Source: an uncultured Nitrososphaerota archaeon
GTDB taxonomy: Archaea; Thermoproteota; Nitrososphaeria; Nitrososphaerales; CADDZS01
Assembly (NCBI GenBank): GCA_963799845.1
Contig: CAWCYI010000001.1
Coordinates: 96,001-160,000, forward strand
DNA length: 64,000 nucleotides
Reading direction: 5' to 3'
Of the stretch, positions 37,499 to 48,333 are shown piece by piece. The notes beneath the pieces were generated by a model. That model was not told the origin of the DNA, searched no databases, and worked only from the letters and a program-made list of their open reading frames with translations. A program made the position numbers and the translations under genes. Numbering within the stretch: the stretch's first letter is position 1; every line of letters begins with the position of its first letter.

Positions 37499-40255
37499 TT
37501 ACTTGATTGTGATCGTTGCCGTGGCTGAATTTGTTCCATCCGAAGCAGAAACTGTGACTGATCCGGAAGCACCCGTTGGCACGACGAAAGTTGCCGTAAA
37601 GCTTCCAGTAGCGTCGCTTGTAATTGGAGCCGGGCTGGTAGTTATTGAAGATCCTCCAAACGTGACTGTTATTGTGGAGCTCGCAGCAAATCCATTTCCG
37701 GTGATCGTGACTATCGATCCAACCCTTGCAGGTTTCGGTGACAGGGCTATGTTTGGGACTACCGTGTATTGCCCCGAGGCACTGTTTCCAGACGCATCAG
37801 TTGCGACTACACTGTGCTTGCCGGCAGTAGATGGGGGAATAGTGAAGGTCACGGCGTAATCACCCAGTGAATCCGTTGTGGCAGTATTCAGAGCACCGCC
37901 GTCATATGTAACAGTCACCAGCGAGTCGGCAGCAAATCCGGTTCCTGTCATAGTGGCGAGTTTGCCGGTTGCTCCCTTGACGGGAGTGTAACTGAAGCTC
38001 GGTACTACTGTAAATGTGCCCGTTGCAGTGTCCAAGCTAGAGTCTGTAGCCGTTATTGTGTGGGCTCCCGCGACCGAGTCCTGGACGGTGAAGACATAAC
38101 TGAATCCGCCCGAGGAGTTCGTCGGAACTGATGGGTTTATTGACGAGGAGTCATAGGTCAGCGCGACTGCAGAATCCGACGCAAATCCGGCTCCCGAGAT
38201 GGTTACTGAAGTTCCGGTTGCGCCTTTAACTGGCGAGAGAGTAATCTTCGGCGGGCTCATGTTGAAGTTCGCGGATGAAGTATTTCCAGTAGAGTCAGTC
38301 GCGGTCACCGTGTAGGTGTTGGGGGCCATATTCGGTACTTGGAAAGAGGCTGGGCCAAAATCTCCAAGTGAATCTGTCGTTATCGTCGACGGAGTAGTAG
38401 TCGTCGCGGAGCCACCGAAGGTTACGCTCACTTGTGAACTTGCAGCATAACCGTTTCCCGATATTGTTATCGTGTTTCCCGATTGACCCTTAGAGGGCGA
38501 AATGCTGACACTAGACAGGACGTTGAAATTCTGGGATAGCGTATTTACACCATCGGTCGCACTGAATGTATGAGAACCAGCGACTGAAGTCGGTATCGTG
38601 ACTTGTGTTGAAAAGCTTCCGGTTGAAAGAGAAGTTGGCGTAGCTACCGTGGTTCCATCAAATTTCACAGTTATCACAGTTGAGGGCTTGAAATTGGAGC
38701 CGCTCACGTCCACCGAGGTTCCAACCGCTCCCCTGACGGGCAACGCACTAAACTGAGCCGGGTAGTACAGTTGGCCACCAGTTTCGCTGAAATAAACTTG
38801 GAAGTTGGACGCAGCCGAGTCCTGCCAGACAACATAGACATTGCTTCCCGAAACCGAGAAGGTTACACTGGTGTCGTCAGTTATCGGTCCCGCAGTCCCA
38901 TCGGTTGTTACGGGAGACTGGGCATAGAAAGTTTGTCCGCCGTTGTTGCTGTAGGAAACGTAAACCCCGCAATCACCGTTTCCGGTGTCTGTTAGATTCT
39001 CACCAGAGCCAACGAGGCAGTTGCTTTCATAAGCCATCGCCACAGTGGTGCCCGAGATTCCCACGCCGTTTGTCCACCCCGTAATTTGGGGATTGTTGCT
39101 AACGGACATTGGAACAGAGGTTGATCCGATTGCAGGAGTCCAGGTAACGCCTGCATTATTACTGTACATGTAAAACACGTTTCCTTGTGGGGAGTAGGGT
39201 AGAGTATGATCTCTCATTGAAATATAGACTGTGTTTCCGACGGCAGCATCCTCGACTTCCCAATCACCCGTGCCATTGGGAAAGAGGTTTATCTTGTCCT
39301 TCGACCACGTCAAGCCGTAGTTTGTGCTGATGCTAATGTAGGCGTGGTAATTCGTGTTTGCCGGGGTGGATCCATATCCTGAATTATCGTTCCAAGTTAC
39401 GTAGACGTTTGGTCCTGAGGCGGCAATCCAAGGCTCACGGACATCGCCCTTGTTTCCTGGTTGGTTCAGATTAACTGCCTTGCTCCAGGTGGCTCCCCCG
39501 TTTGTCGTTCCCGAAAACCAAGCCCCATTCCTATCCCAAGTGGCGTATGCATCATTTCCCCAGGCCGCGATCTGGGGTTCGGTTCCCTGTGAACTGCCAG
39601 CATTTAGCTGAAGGGGTGGCGCCAACCACGTTGCTCCGTTGTTGTTGCTAGAGTATACCCATATTGATTGAGTACTGCCCGAAGTTTCATGGACGATGAC
39701 GTATACGTTATTTCCCGCAGCCGCAATGAAAGGAACATCAGACTGAACCGTACTCGGTGTCAGAGCGACCGACGGGCTAAAACTAACTCCGTAATTATTG
39801 CTTATTGCGATGTAAACCTGGCTGATGGAATTGACGGTTTGTTGCCAAATGACGTAAACGTAGCTACCGTTTACGGCCATAACAGGGTAGCTTGAAACCC
39901 CTGCATTGGTGCCCAGAGCGAGTGCCTTTGAGCCAATTGGAGGGCTCCAAGTCAGACCATTGTTGGGACTTGACCTAAACCAAACGCCATTACTTTCTTC
40001 AGTCCAAGCGACATAAACGTTATTTCCAATTGATGCCACCCAAGGGAACTTTGCTTGTTTGTTGTCTCCACTAAGATTGATCGGTGTAGTAAAGCTGACA
40101 AGTGCTTGTCCTCCTGAAGTAGACGACTGGGCACCTGTTGCCGCACTGGCCGCAATGACCAGCAGGGGTGACAATAGAGCGATAACAAATCCTAAAATCA
40201 AAAGATCGGATTTAGATCCTTTTTTGTTTGACAATTTTCCACCGAAGTAAAACAA
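37499..40255 (-). CDS. Asp-box/BNR propeller (paralog 4) fused to five Ig-like (IPT/TIG-type) repeats
   Basis: N-terminal BNR repeats; C-terminal ~80-aa units PxxGxxGxxVTISGxGFxxxSxVTVTF/YDG...GxF...FxVP....GxHTxxATD. Confidence 0.85.
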   Translation of the reverse strand: MFYFGGKLSNKKGSKSDLLILGFVIALLSPLLVIAASAATGAQSSTSGGQALVSFTTPINLSGDNKQAKFPWVASIGNNVYVAWTEESNGVWFRSSPNNGLTWSPPIGSKALALGTNAGVSSYPVMAVNGSYVYVIWQQTVNSISQVYIAISNNYGVSFSPSVALTPSTVQSDVPFIAAAGNNVYVIVHETSGSTQSIWVYSSNNNGATWLAPPLQLNAGSSQGTEPQIAAWGNDAYATWDRNGAWFSGTTNGGATWSKAVNLNQPGNKGDVREPWIAASGPNVYVTWNDNSGYGSTPANTNYHAYISISTNYGLTWSKDKINLFPNGTGDWEVEDAAVGNTVYISMRDHTLPYSPQGNVFYMYSNNAGVTWTPAIGSTSVPMSVSNNPQITGWTNGVGISGTTVAMAYESNCLVGSGENLTDTGNGDCGVYVSYSNNGGQTFYAQSPVTTDGTAGPITDDTSVTFSVSGSNVYVVWQDSAASNFQVYFSETGGQLYYPAQFSALPVRGAVGTSVDVSGSNFKPSTVITVKFDGTTVATPTSLSTGSFSTQVTIPTSVAGSHTFSATDGVNTLSQNFNVLSSVSISPSKGQSGNTITISGNGYAASSQVSVTFGGSATTTTPSTITTDSLGDFGPASFQVPNMAPNTYTVTATDSTGNTSSANFNMSPPKITLSPVKGATGTSVTISGAGFASDSAVALTYDSSSINPSVPTNSSGGFSYVFTVQDSVAGAHTITATDSSLDTATGTFTVVPSFSYTPVKGATGKLATMTGTGFAADSLVTVTYDGGALNTATTDSLGDYAVTFTIPPSTAGKHSVVATDASGNSASGQYTVVPNIALSPKPARVGSIVTITGNGFAASSTITVTFGGSSITTSPAPITSDATGSFTATFVVPTGASGSVTVSASDGTNSATATITIK

Positions 40256-40690
40256 CCTATCTAATTTGAAAAATAAGTATTAGAGCCTTGTCAGGGATTT
40301 CGAAAAATGCGATCGCTCAATATCAGAACTCGATAGTTCGAATTTCGAGTGATACCTCAGACATGGAGAAAGAAAAACGAGAGGGGAATTTTTTGTGCCA
40401 CTCTCGGCGATGAACTGCCTCTTGATCAGGAACAGCACTTCGTCAAAAAAATAGTGTTGCTGGTCTACAGGCGTTGTTTTGTACTAACTGACTAAATGTG
40501 AAATAAAGTATCGATGATAGCAATTTAATAGGCAATGCTAGAGAATGAGAATCTTCGGGCCTATCGCAGTAAAATGTAGCTATCTAATGATTAACGAGAA
40601 AGGACTATCTCCGGCCTTTCCAAAAAGAAAGTTATTTTATGGTTTCAACTAGGCGCGTTTCGGATTTCCTCAGATTAACTCAATTCGATC

Positions 40691-41267
40691 TCATGTTATT
40701 TTTCTCTTGGGTTTAATGTTCTGACTAAAGTTCGTCGTACTTGGGTTCCAAATTACCAGAAACAAACCGATCGCTCCTAACCCCAGTAATCCTATCCCTA
40801 TGGTGCGGTAAGGGTGTTTTTCAGTTAGGATTGTCGTGTTCGTGTTTGCTGGAGCGTAAACCGCTAGCGATCCGTTGACTGAAACAACGGAAACCCCATG
40901 ATTAGCTGAGCTGGCTGGTAATGGCTCCGCTCGATGTAAAGGGGAGGGATGCATTGAGGCTGCTGCTAGAATCATTGAAAAGCAAAATTCTTCCACCCGC
41001 GTTTACCAGATTCAGCCAAATCGTGACTGTTAGATTGGAACTTGAGATTACAGCGAGATTAAACCAATCGCCCTGCAATACCGCGCAATTATCCTGGATC
41101 GATTGATTTGGGTTGACGTGAACTGTGTACTGAAAATAGCAAACTTGCCTCTCTGTGTCATAACCATAAAAGACTGGATCGAGAGTGGTCTCTATCACTA
41201 ACACGATCCCCACTATGATGAGAATCACAAGCACCAAAGCGGAGGCGGATCTCGAGCGGGAATTCAT
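40691..41267 (-). CDS. Two-TM membrane protein with an extracellular beta domain (frameshifted: 40902-41267 + 40691-40996)
   Basis: N-terminal TM in one frame and C-terminal TM (IGIGLLGLGAIGLFLVIW) in another. Confidence 0.55.
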
Positions 41268-41485
41268 TCCGTTGCACTGCTCCTTTCAATGGCACTTTTA
41301 AGAGATATGAGAGTTTTTTTTGGGGTGATGTATTACAAATCGATCTTTGGGCGCTCTCAAGTCTGCACATCGTACATTCGATCAAGGGTTGACTCATTTT
41401 TCGAATTTGTGGAAAATTTCTGAAAACTGGAAATTTGATAATTAATTAACCTTATAACTCATTTGTAGAAATAGCTGCATTCAGC

Positions 41486-43846
41486 GTGCGCTTGTTGAAT
41501 AGGTCTATTGTTCTGGGACTTTTTTTGCTTCTTGTTCTTTTATCCCCTAGTTTTCTCCAGTATCTCCCTTCCCCTGTCTCAACAAGCAATATCGGGTTTC
41601 GTTCGGATGCTCAATTAACACCTAGCGGGAACTGTTTTCCAAATGGTCCCGTTGTCCTTACAAACGCTACTATATGGCAAAATCTACAATGCATACACTC
41701 AGGGAGCATAACTTTCAATGGGTCTGCCTCTCTTTCTATGATCAATTCCAGTCTTGTCCAGGAAGTGGTCAATGCCACACCGAGCGATTTCATACTCGCG
41801 GGTTTTTCGGTACTGGACATGGTCAACTCTACTCTCAATCTTGGCGGGATAGGTGCGCTCGAAGTTACTGGCAATTCGAGCGTAGGTATGGTTACTTCGG
41901 GCCTCGTTAATTCGAGCATTGTTATGAGCAATGTTGGAAATCTTGATGTTAACAATACATCGATCCTTAGTTTGGATGGGTTGAATTCGACTAGCCTAGG
42001 AACTGTTGATTTTGTATCATCAAGGATAAGCCTCGCGCCCCAATCATTCACGTTCGTTAGTGGAACCACCCTTGTCCCGATAAAAGAAAGGGGAGATGCG
42101 ATTCTTCAAGGTAATACCACGTTTGAGTTGAACCAAGCGGTTTTTGAAGCTGATAATTCTTCGGCAGTACTTTTGAATTCTGCCCATATTCTTGTCCTTG
42201 GCTCTCAAATTATGAACAGCAATATTTCGAATTTCGCGATTGGTAATTCGACTCTTCCAAACGCACAAACCACTATTGTGAATTCGAACATACAAAGCGC
42301 CCTAACCACGAATGTCACTGTCGGTGCTCCAGGACCTCTTTCGACGACAGAGATCTCATCTAGCACTGTCTTATTCAGCAATTCAGGCTCCGTGTCCGCA
42401 GCGATTTATGGTACGCAGGTACTCACTTTGTCCAACTCGACAGTTACTTCGCTGGTGAGTGCGACTACCAGATCCCTTGGCAGTCTTGCATTGGTCGGTG
42501 GCTCTGTTTCTATTTTACAGAGCACAGTTCAATCATCAGACTTTGAGTTCTACGGTTACTCGCCCGTTTCAACCTCAAGTCTTGTAATCAACTCGACTCT
42601 TTTCTTCAACCTGATCTCGAGCAAGTTGATCTCTGGAGAGGGAACCCAGACTGGGATTTATGAGACTGCCCACGTTACTTTGAACGCTGGAGCTAACATG
42701 ACGGTCGAAGGTTCTCTAATACAATCTGAATCTCTTGGAAATTCCAGTGTTACCCTTAGATCAAGCCAACCAACAAACATCATACACAATATGACTCTCA
42801 CTCAGGCGATAATTCAGACCGGGACGAATCCCTCCAACATCACATTTTCAAGCGGATATGGTTTATTGTTCAACAGGACTCAAATAATCACAAACATCAA
42901 TTCCACTATCGCGATAAACGCTTACCAGCTTGTTTCATACAACTCATTAATTCCTACGAACATTACCGTCGGAACTTCGATCGCATTTGCTTATCTTTAC
43001 AATACGACGGTAAGTAGTGTGGTTGGTCTGAAGACCGGTATCTATCAAAACTATGGCTTCCTCTTCGTCAAGGTTGTTTCAAGCTCTTCCTCTCAAGCGC
43101 CAGTTCCCTTTGCAAAGGTGGTGCTTCTTAATCCTGCCTCAGGTTCTGTAGCCTATTCGGGACTAACTAATGCGAGCGGTTGGGCGGAATTCACGGTTCT
43201 TCAGGCTGTTGCGAATTCGACCGCCAGTCAAAACAGGACTTTTTATGTGGCCCAAGCGTCGAGCGGGCCTTCGACCTCAAATGAAGCATACTTTAGCTCC
43301 AATAATACTTCTTTCTTGAATCTTGCCCTAAATCCATCGATCTCTGGGAGTAACTCGCAACTTGGCTACTACACCTATCCTATCCAATTCGCGGTCGGGG
43401 CCCCGCAGACATTTGTGGGAATTCGTACCAACGCTTATCCCCTAAATTTCGTAAACAATGCCTCTTTCAGTCAGCTCGACTTTGATACGATTGGACCTTT
43501 AGGCCCTAACTACACTTTTACTATAGTTTACCCTGCGAATTTTACTACGACGCAACTAACGGTGAAAGTTGATCAGATTCCACTCAAAAGCGTCAAGATC
43601 ACGTCCAACAGTACATACTATTTTGCTTCGTTCTCAATACCATCTGGTCCGCACCAGATCACGCTCACGTATTTATCACCAAACGGTTATTTCAATTACC
43701 AACAAAATCCAATTCTGAATCCATCGATTGCTGTGATCGCCGCGGTCGTTCTAATTCTGATATTCGGCACGGTATTCATCGTTTACTACGTTCGGAGACA
43801 GAACCAGGTAATACAGTCTCACCCGGAATCCACGAGCAACTCCTGA
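41486..43846 (+). CDS. Large surface glycoprotein, probable beta-helix/S-layer-like, with C-terminal TM anchor
   Basis: Signal peptide, repeated LxxxNSxI strands, abundant NxS/T sequons, C-terminal TM + RR. Confidence 0.75.
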   Translation: MRLLNRSIVLGLFLLLVLLSPSFLQYLPSPVSTSNIGFRSDAQLTPSGNCFPNGPVVLTNATIWQNLQCIHSGSITFNGSASLSMINSSLVQEVVNATPSDFILAGFSVLDMVNSTLNLGGIGALEVTGNSSVGMVTSGLVNSSIVMSNVGNLDVNNTSILSLDGLNSTSLGTVDFVSSRISLAPQSFTFVSGTTLVPIKERGDAILQGNTTFELNQAVFEADNSSAVLLNSAHILVLGSQIMNSNISNFAIGNSTLPNAQTTIVNSNIQSALTTNVTVGAPGPLSTTEISSSTVLFSNSGSVSAAIYGTQVLTLSNSTVTSLVSATTRSLGSLALVGGSVSILQSTVQSSDFEFYGYSPVSTSSLVINSTLFFNLISSKLISGEGTQTGIYETAHVTLNAGANMTVEGSLIQSESLGNSSVTLRSSQPTNIIHNMTLTQAIIQTGTNPSNITFSSGYGLLFNRTQIITNINSTIAINAYQLVSYNSLIPTNITVGTSIAFAYLYNTTVSSVVGLKTGIYQNYGFLFVKVVSSSSSQAPVPFAKVVLLNPASGSVAYSGLTNASGWAEFTVLQAVANSTASQNRTFYVAQASSGPSTSNEAYFSSNNTSFLNLALNPSISGSNSQLGYYTYPIQFAVGAPQTFVGIRTNAYPLNFVNNASFSQLDFDTIGPLGPNYTFTIVYPANFTTTQLTVKVDQIPLKSVKITSNSTYYFASFSIPSGPHQITLTYLSPNGYFNYQQNPILNPSIAVIAAVVLILIFGTVFIVYYVRRQNQVIQSHPESTSNS

Positions 43847-43857
43847 AGCGTCAAGTC

Positions 43858-46139
43858 GTGGCAATTTCTTTGGTGAATTGGTCCATTCGCAAGGACTTCA
43901 GAGGAAATCAAAGATTTGGATTCTCCCGACGACTATTCACCGTTGCAATTTTGCTGTTCTTGGTGTTTGCTTTTTCAAATCCTTTTTTTTCTTCAATCAC
44001 TTTTTCCCGTTCAAGCCCTGTGTTGCGGGTATCGGCTGATTCTACGCCAATTTGGCCGACTTTTCAGCACGATTCGCAGAGGTCATCTCTCTCCTCTTTC
44101 CTTGGACCAACGTTCAACACCACAGACTGGGTCTTCGGTCCAACCGGGGCGATCACGAATTCTCCTGTTATTGGCGCGGACGGTACGGTTTACGTCGTTG
44201 ACTCTAACTCTACTCTTTTTGCAATAAACCCTGATGGATCTCTAAAATGGGAGAAGACGCTTACTGAGAATCTCTTTACTCCCGTCATCGCGCCCAGTGG
44301 CGTGATTTATGTGCCGGGTACTCGGCATCTGTACGCTTTCAACCCGGATGGAAGTTCGCCATGGGCAGCGCCGTACAACATTTCCTCATCGAGGGGAAGC
44401 GAAATCGCAGTCTCGCCGACAGGGATTATTTTCGAAATAGACTCCAACGGTACGCTTCATGCCATCAACCCTCTGAACACTATTGCCTCCTCCATTTGGA
44501 CTACAAACGTCGGCTGCATACCCTCATCTCTCGCAGTAAGCTCTTCCGGAAACATTTACTGCGGAACGGGTGAAAATGGAACAACCGCACTCCTGTATTC
44601 GATAGATTCTAACGGACATATCATGTGGTCTCTCCAGACAAAGTCGCCTGTATCGATTCCGCCCGCTGTCTATGGAAACGGAACAATCTACGCAATCACC
44701 AGCGGCGGGGAGATCTTAGCGATAAGTCAATTCGGAATTGAGCTGTGGAGCATTTCCACCGTGCATATGGAAGAAACTTCTCCGGTCATCGGCCCGGACG
44801 GGACCATCTATGTTGCGGGGAGTAACGTTGCCGGCCAGTCTGTCCTCGTCGCAATTTCACAAGCGGGGACGATCAATTGGTCAGAGTTTTGCTTCAAGGA
44901 AGGCAGCTCCTCGCTTTGCATTCCTTTCGGGACTGTAACCAGCATGGCGATAGATTCTACGGGCACAATCTATGTCGGTACGAATTCATCTGGTTTGTTT
45001 TCTATAACATCGCAAGGCGGATTGCAATGGTCTTATGCATTTCAAGGTAGTGAGGGCTCAGTATCACCCCAAGCAATTGGTGCCAATGGCACAATTTTCG
45101 TCGGGACAAGCTGTTTGTCTTGCAACAGGACATCCGGTCACGTCTATGCGATTGGAAGGCCAGCCGGATATTCGCTATTTTCTGTTTCAGAGTCCGGCCT
45201 GCCTATCGGCACAGGATGGTCGTTTCTGGTAGCTGGCAGAAACTACACAACATCCGCTGCCTCTCTCTTGTTTTCTTTACCATCAGGCAATTTTAGCTGG
45301 GTAGCTCCCCCTTCCGAAGTATTTCAAAGTCCTGGAGTGAGATATTCCCCTGCCGTTTCCTCAGGCTCGGTTGGGGTGCCATCGACGCAAAGCTTGAATT
45401 TTGTCTATTCGGCGCAGTACCAGCTCAATTTGACTTCTTCTCCCGTCACCGGTGGAATAGTTAATGAAAGCTCTGGTTGGTATCAGTCAGGATCGATGGT
45501 TGCAGTGGTGGCTGTTTCGTACAGCGGTTACCAGTTTGGAAGCTGGCAGACAACGTCACCGTCGCTTTCTATCACAAATTCGACTGGTTCGGAGACGAGT
45601 ATTTTTGTGAAGGGACCAGGAACAGCTTGGCAGTTTTCAATCCGTTTATCACGATTAGTGCGGGAACGGGCGGATCTCTGGTCTACAATGATCCTCCTTT
45701 TGTGGGCTCCCTGCAGTCAGGACGATCGGTTTCATTTTATGCTCCGAGTATTTCCATTATTTTGTTGTCGGTAGTTCCGGCGTCTGGATACGATTTCAAA
45801 GGTTGGGTTTCGGTTAACGGATCTGGATTTGACGCGTCGTCTTCAAATCTCGAAATTCATGTCAGAAATCCGATGTCCCTTACTGCGGAGTTCACACCTG
45901 CTCCGATTACTACCTCAGTAACGAGCTCAATCCAGACTCCAACTAGTCAAACTACCTCGATCCTTTCTACCACCACATCCAGCGCAGTCGTTTCGGTTCC
46001 CAGTAAGGGAGTTCTTCCCATTCAGAATTGGGGACTCATTTTCATGGTTGGTCTGTCTCTAGTATTGCTCATTCTCTTGGGCCTCACTGCGGCTTTAGGC
46101 CTAGGCTATTTGAAAATCTCGATCCGAAAAAGCTCCTGA
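43858..46139 (+). CDS. PQQ-like beta-propeller surface protein with thermopsin-like ESGLP domain, InlB-B-like repeats and C-terminal TM (frameshift near 45625)
   Basis: WPTFQHDSQRS, SPVIGADGTVY, LFAINPDGSLKW repeats, ESGLPIGTGW, GYQFGSW/GYDFKGW. Confidence 0.8.
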
Positions 46140-46470
46140 TTGCCGGTAAGATTGCTCCGAACGATCTAACTCGAACAATCAAGACTTTTCCTCAAATTTC
46201 TGTCGTCGTCAACGCGGGAGGATTGCACCATAGAAAGCGACTGGGCTCGGAGTACTTTGTTACGACCATGTGACGTATCGGGACATATAGGTAAGACCGC
46301 CCCTTACACATTCTCAAGATTTTTTCGCGTTGCATACATTCATCTGAACAACTATATTTTGCGGATTGAGGATCCCAAGGAATGATTAGCATTCTATGAT
46401 TCCCTTAGTTTCTTTGGAATGATAAGTATCACCTTATCCTGCACAAATCAGCTGGAAGAGTAGAATAAGA

Positions 46471-47505
46471 TCAGAAATTCTTTTTGGATATCATTACGGG
46501 TTTTCCCCCATCCTTTGCGGAGGCGCGAATTGCTTCGAGCATTTCCGCAGTCCTCAACCCGTCTTCAACCGTGCAAAGAGGCTCCTCCTTCCCGAGTAAA
46601 GAATTTATGAAATTCCTCGCGGGGTTTGACCTCGGCGGAAGCATCCTCAGTGGGCGCTGAATCGAATAGTTATCCTGATCGATCATCTCGAACGAACTAT
46701 TCGCCGCTTGGTAGTGCTCGTCGTAGTTGAAACGACAGATGATTTCACCTAAATCTCCGTAAAACCTTACTTGCTCATGCCACTCGGGTGCGCTCCCAAC
46801 CAAGCTGATACTAGCCGAAGCACCGCTGCTATATCTCAGAAATATGGTTGCGTTTACGGGAACTTCCGAAGACAGGTTATCAGTCCTTGCGATAACCTCC
46901 TCGACCTCAGAACCAGAGATCCATTGTATCGCATCGATTAGATGACTTCCAGAGTCTGCAATGTATCCTAATTCATTATACTTTGGATCGGTCCTCCAAG
47001 TCCCGAGCTTGTCTCTGAACCATCCCTGGGTCTGAATTGCATTGATGTAGTGGAGCTCACCCAATTCACCACTGGCGATAACCTGCCGAGCATGCTCGTA
47101 GGTGGGCTCGGTATGCCTCTGATAACCGACCATGACGAGCTTCTGTTTCGTCTTTGCGAGATGCGCGATCTCCCTCGCTTCCGCGGCACGTGAGACCATG
47201 GGTTTTTCGATCAGGACGTCAAGATTGTTTTGGAGCGCGGAAACTGCTTGCTCGTGGTGAAGCGAGTGTGGTGTAACTATGATGACTGCGTCGAGACCGC
47301 CAGCGGCTATCATGTCTCGATAGTCCTTGAATTCACGCACCCCATCGATCCAAGGTGCGATCTTCTTCAGCCTCTCAATCGCAGCTGGATCCACGTCCGA
47401 AACTGATACAAGTTTGCAATCCTCGAGGAGCTGCAGATGTCTCAGATGCTCTCCGGCCATGAACCCGCAGCCGATGAGTCCTAGTCTCACGATCTTGTCC
47501 GGCAT
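46471..47505 (-). CDS. Gfo/Idh/MocA-family oxidoreductase
   Basis: GLIGCGFMA, DAVIIVTPHSLH, VLIEKPM, DSGSHLID. Confidence 0.93.
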   Translation of the reverse strand: MPDKIVRLGLIGCGFMAGEHLRHLQLLEDCKLVSVSDVDPAAIERLKKIAPWIDGVREFKDYRDMIAAGGLDAVIIVTPHSLHHEQAVSALQNNLDVLIEKPMVSRAAEAREIAHLAKTKQKLVMVGYQRHTEPTYEHARQVIASGELGELHYINAIQTQGWFRDKLGTWRTDPKYNELGYIADSGSHLIDAIQWISGSEVEEVIARTDNLSSEVPVNATIFLRYSSGASASISLVGSAPEWHEQVRFYGDLGEIICRFNYDEHYQAANSSFEMIDQDNYSIQRPLRMLPPRSNPARNFINSLLGKEEPLCTVEDGLRTAEMLEAIRASAKDGGKPVMISKKNF

Positions 47506-47927
47506 AAATCCAAAGAAAATAAAGAATAAATTAGTAATTAAGTACTAAGCCGAGCTTTAGGAGAGGAATATTTCCGAGCTTGAACAGCCAATTTGGAAAT
47601 AGCGCAAGAGGACCTCAACAGTATGGTTTAACAGAAGAATGATACTGTGCCAATATTCGAATACCGTGATATGGGTTCGGAGGGACTTGGTAACGACACA
47701 TTCGTCAAAATCGTGCCCACAGAGTTAGGGGTCGTGGTATGGAGCACCGAAAGACTCGCACTTGCGACGCCTAACGTTATTCCCGGCCCAACTCAATTGA
47801 GGATCGTGAGTTCGAGTCCGGTGGGATTCTTGACCGACACCTGATTTTGAGGGTCGTGGGTTGGGGCCCCGCAGGCCCGTTATTTGTGATAATTTGGGAT
47901 TGTCGCGACTTGTGGATCAGGCAATAT

Positions 47928-48040
47928 TCAGAATTGGTAGATACTGGATTTTGCATACGCCGGATATCTGGAATAGATTTCTCGGAGGAGGTCGTCTAAC
48001 TTCAAATGATAGTATTGATCCTTCAATTTGAGCTTACTTT
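47928..48040 (-). pseudogene. Possible C-terminal remnant of a SocA/Panacea-like antitoxin
   Basis: LKDQYYHLKLDDLLREIYSRYPAYAKSS resembles the L..LL..VY..YP.Y...S ending of that group. Confidence 0.3.
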
Positions 48041-48333
48041 TTTCGTTCTCTCGTTGCTGTGGATTTGAACCTAAGTTAAAGATGAGATTTTGATGGACCT
48101 CTGACCGTTTTCGTCGCAAGCCGAAGACAGAAGTCCTTTCGCGAAAATGGATCGCTGATGCGTGATTCTGACCTTAATGCATCAATGTAATTTTTCCATC
48201 ATCTGAGATTCGAATTCGATCTTGCTTACTGAGAATCTTCAGCCCTGCCTCTATGTCCCTGGGTTTTAGTTTCCCATTCAGTGCCGTTAGAAGATCTGCT
48301 CGAGTCTTACCGCCGTCTTTCAGCGCCGAACTA

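Noticed and set aside
46192-46392. Possible cupin-like remnant (..RHMVVTKYSEPSRFLWCNPP)
   Set aside because: The similarity is too short and weak to call.
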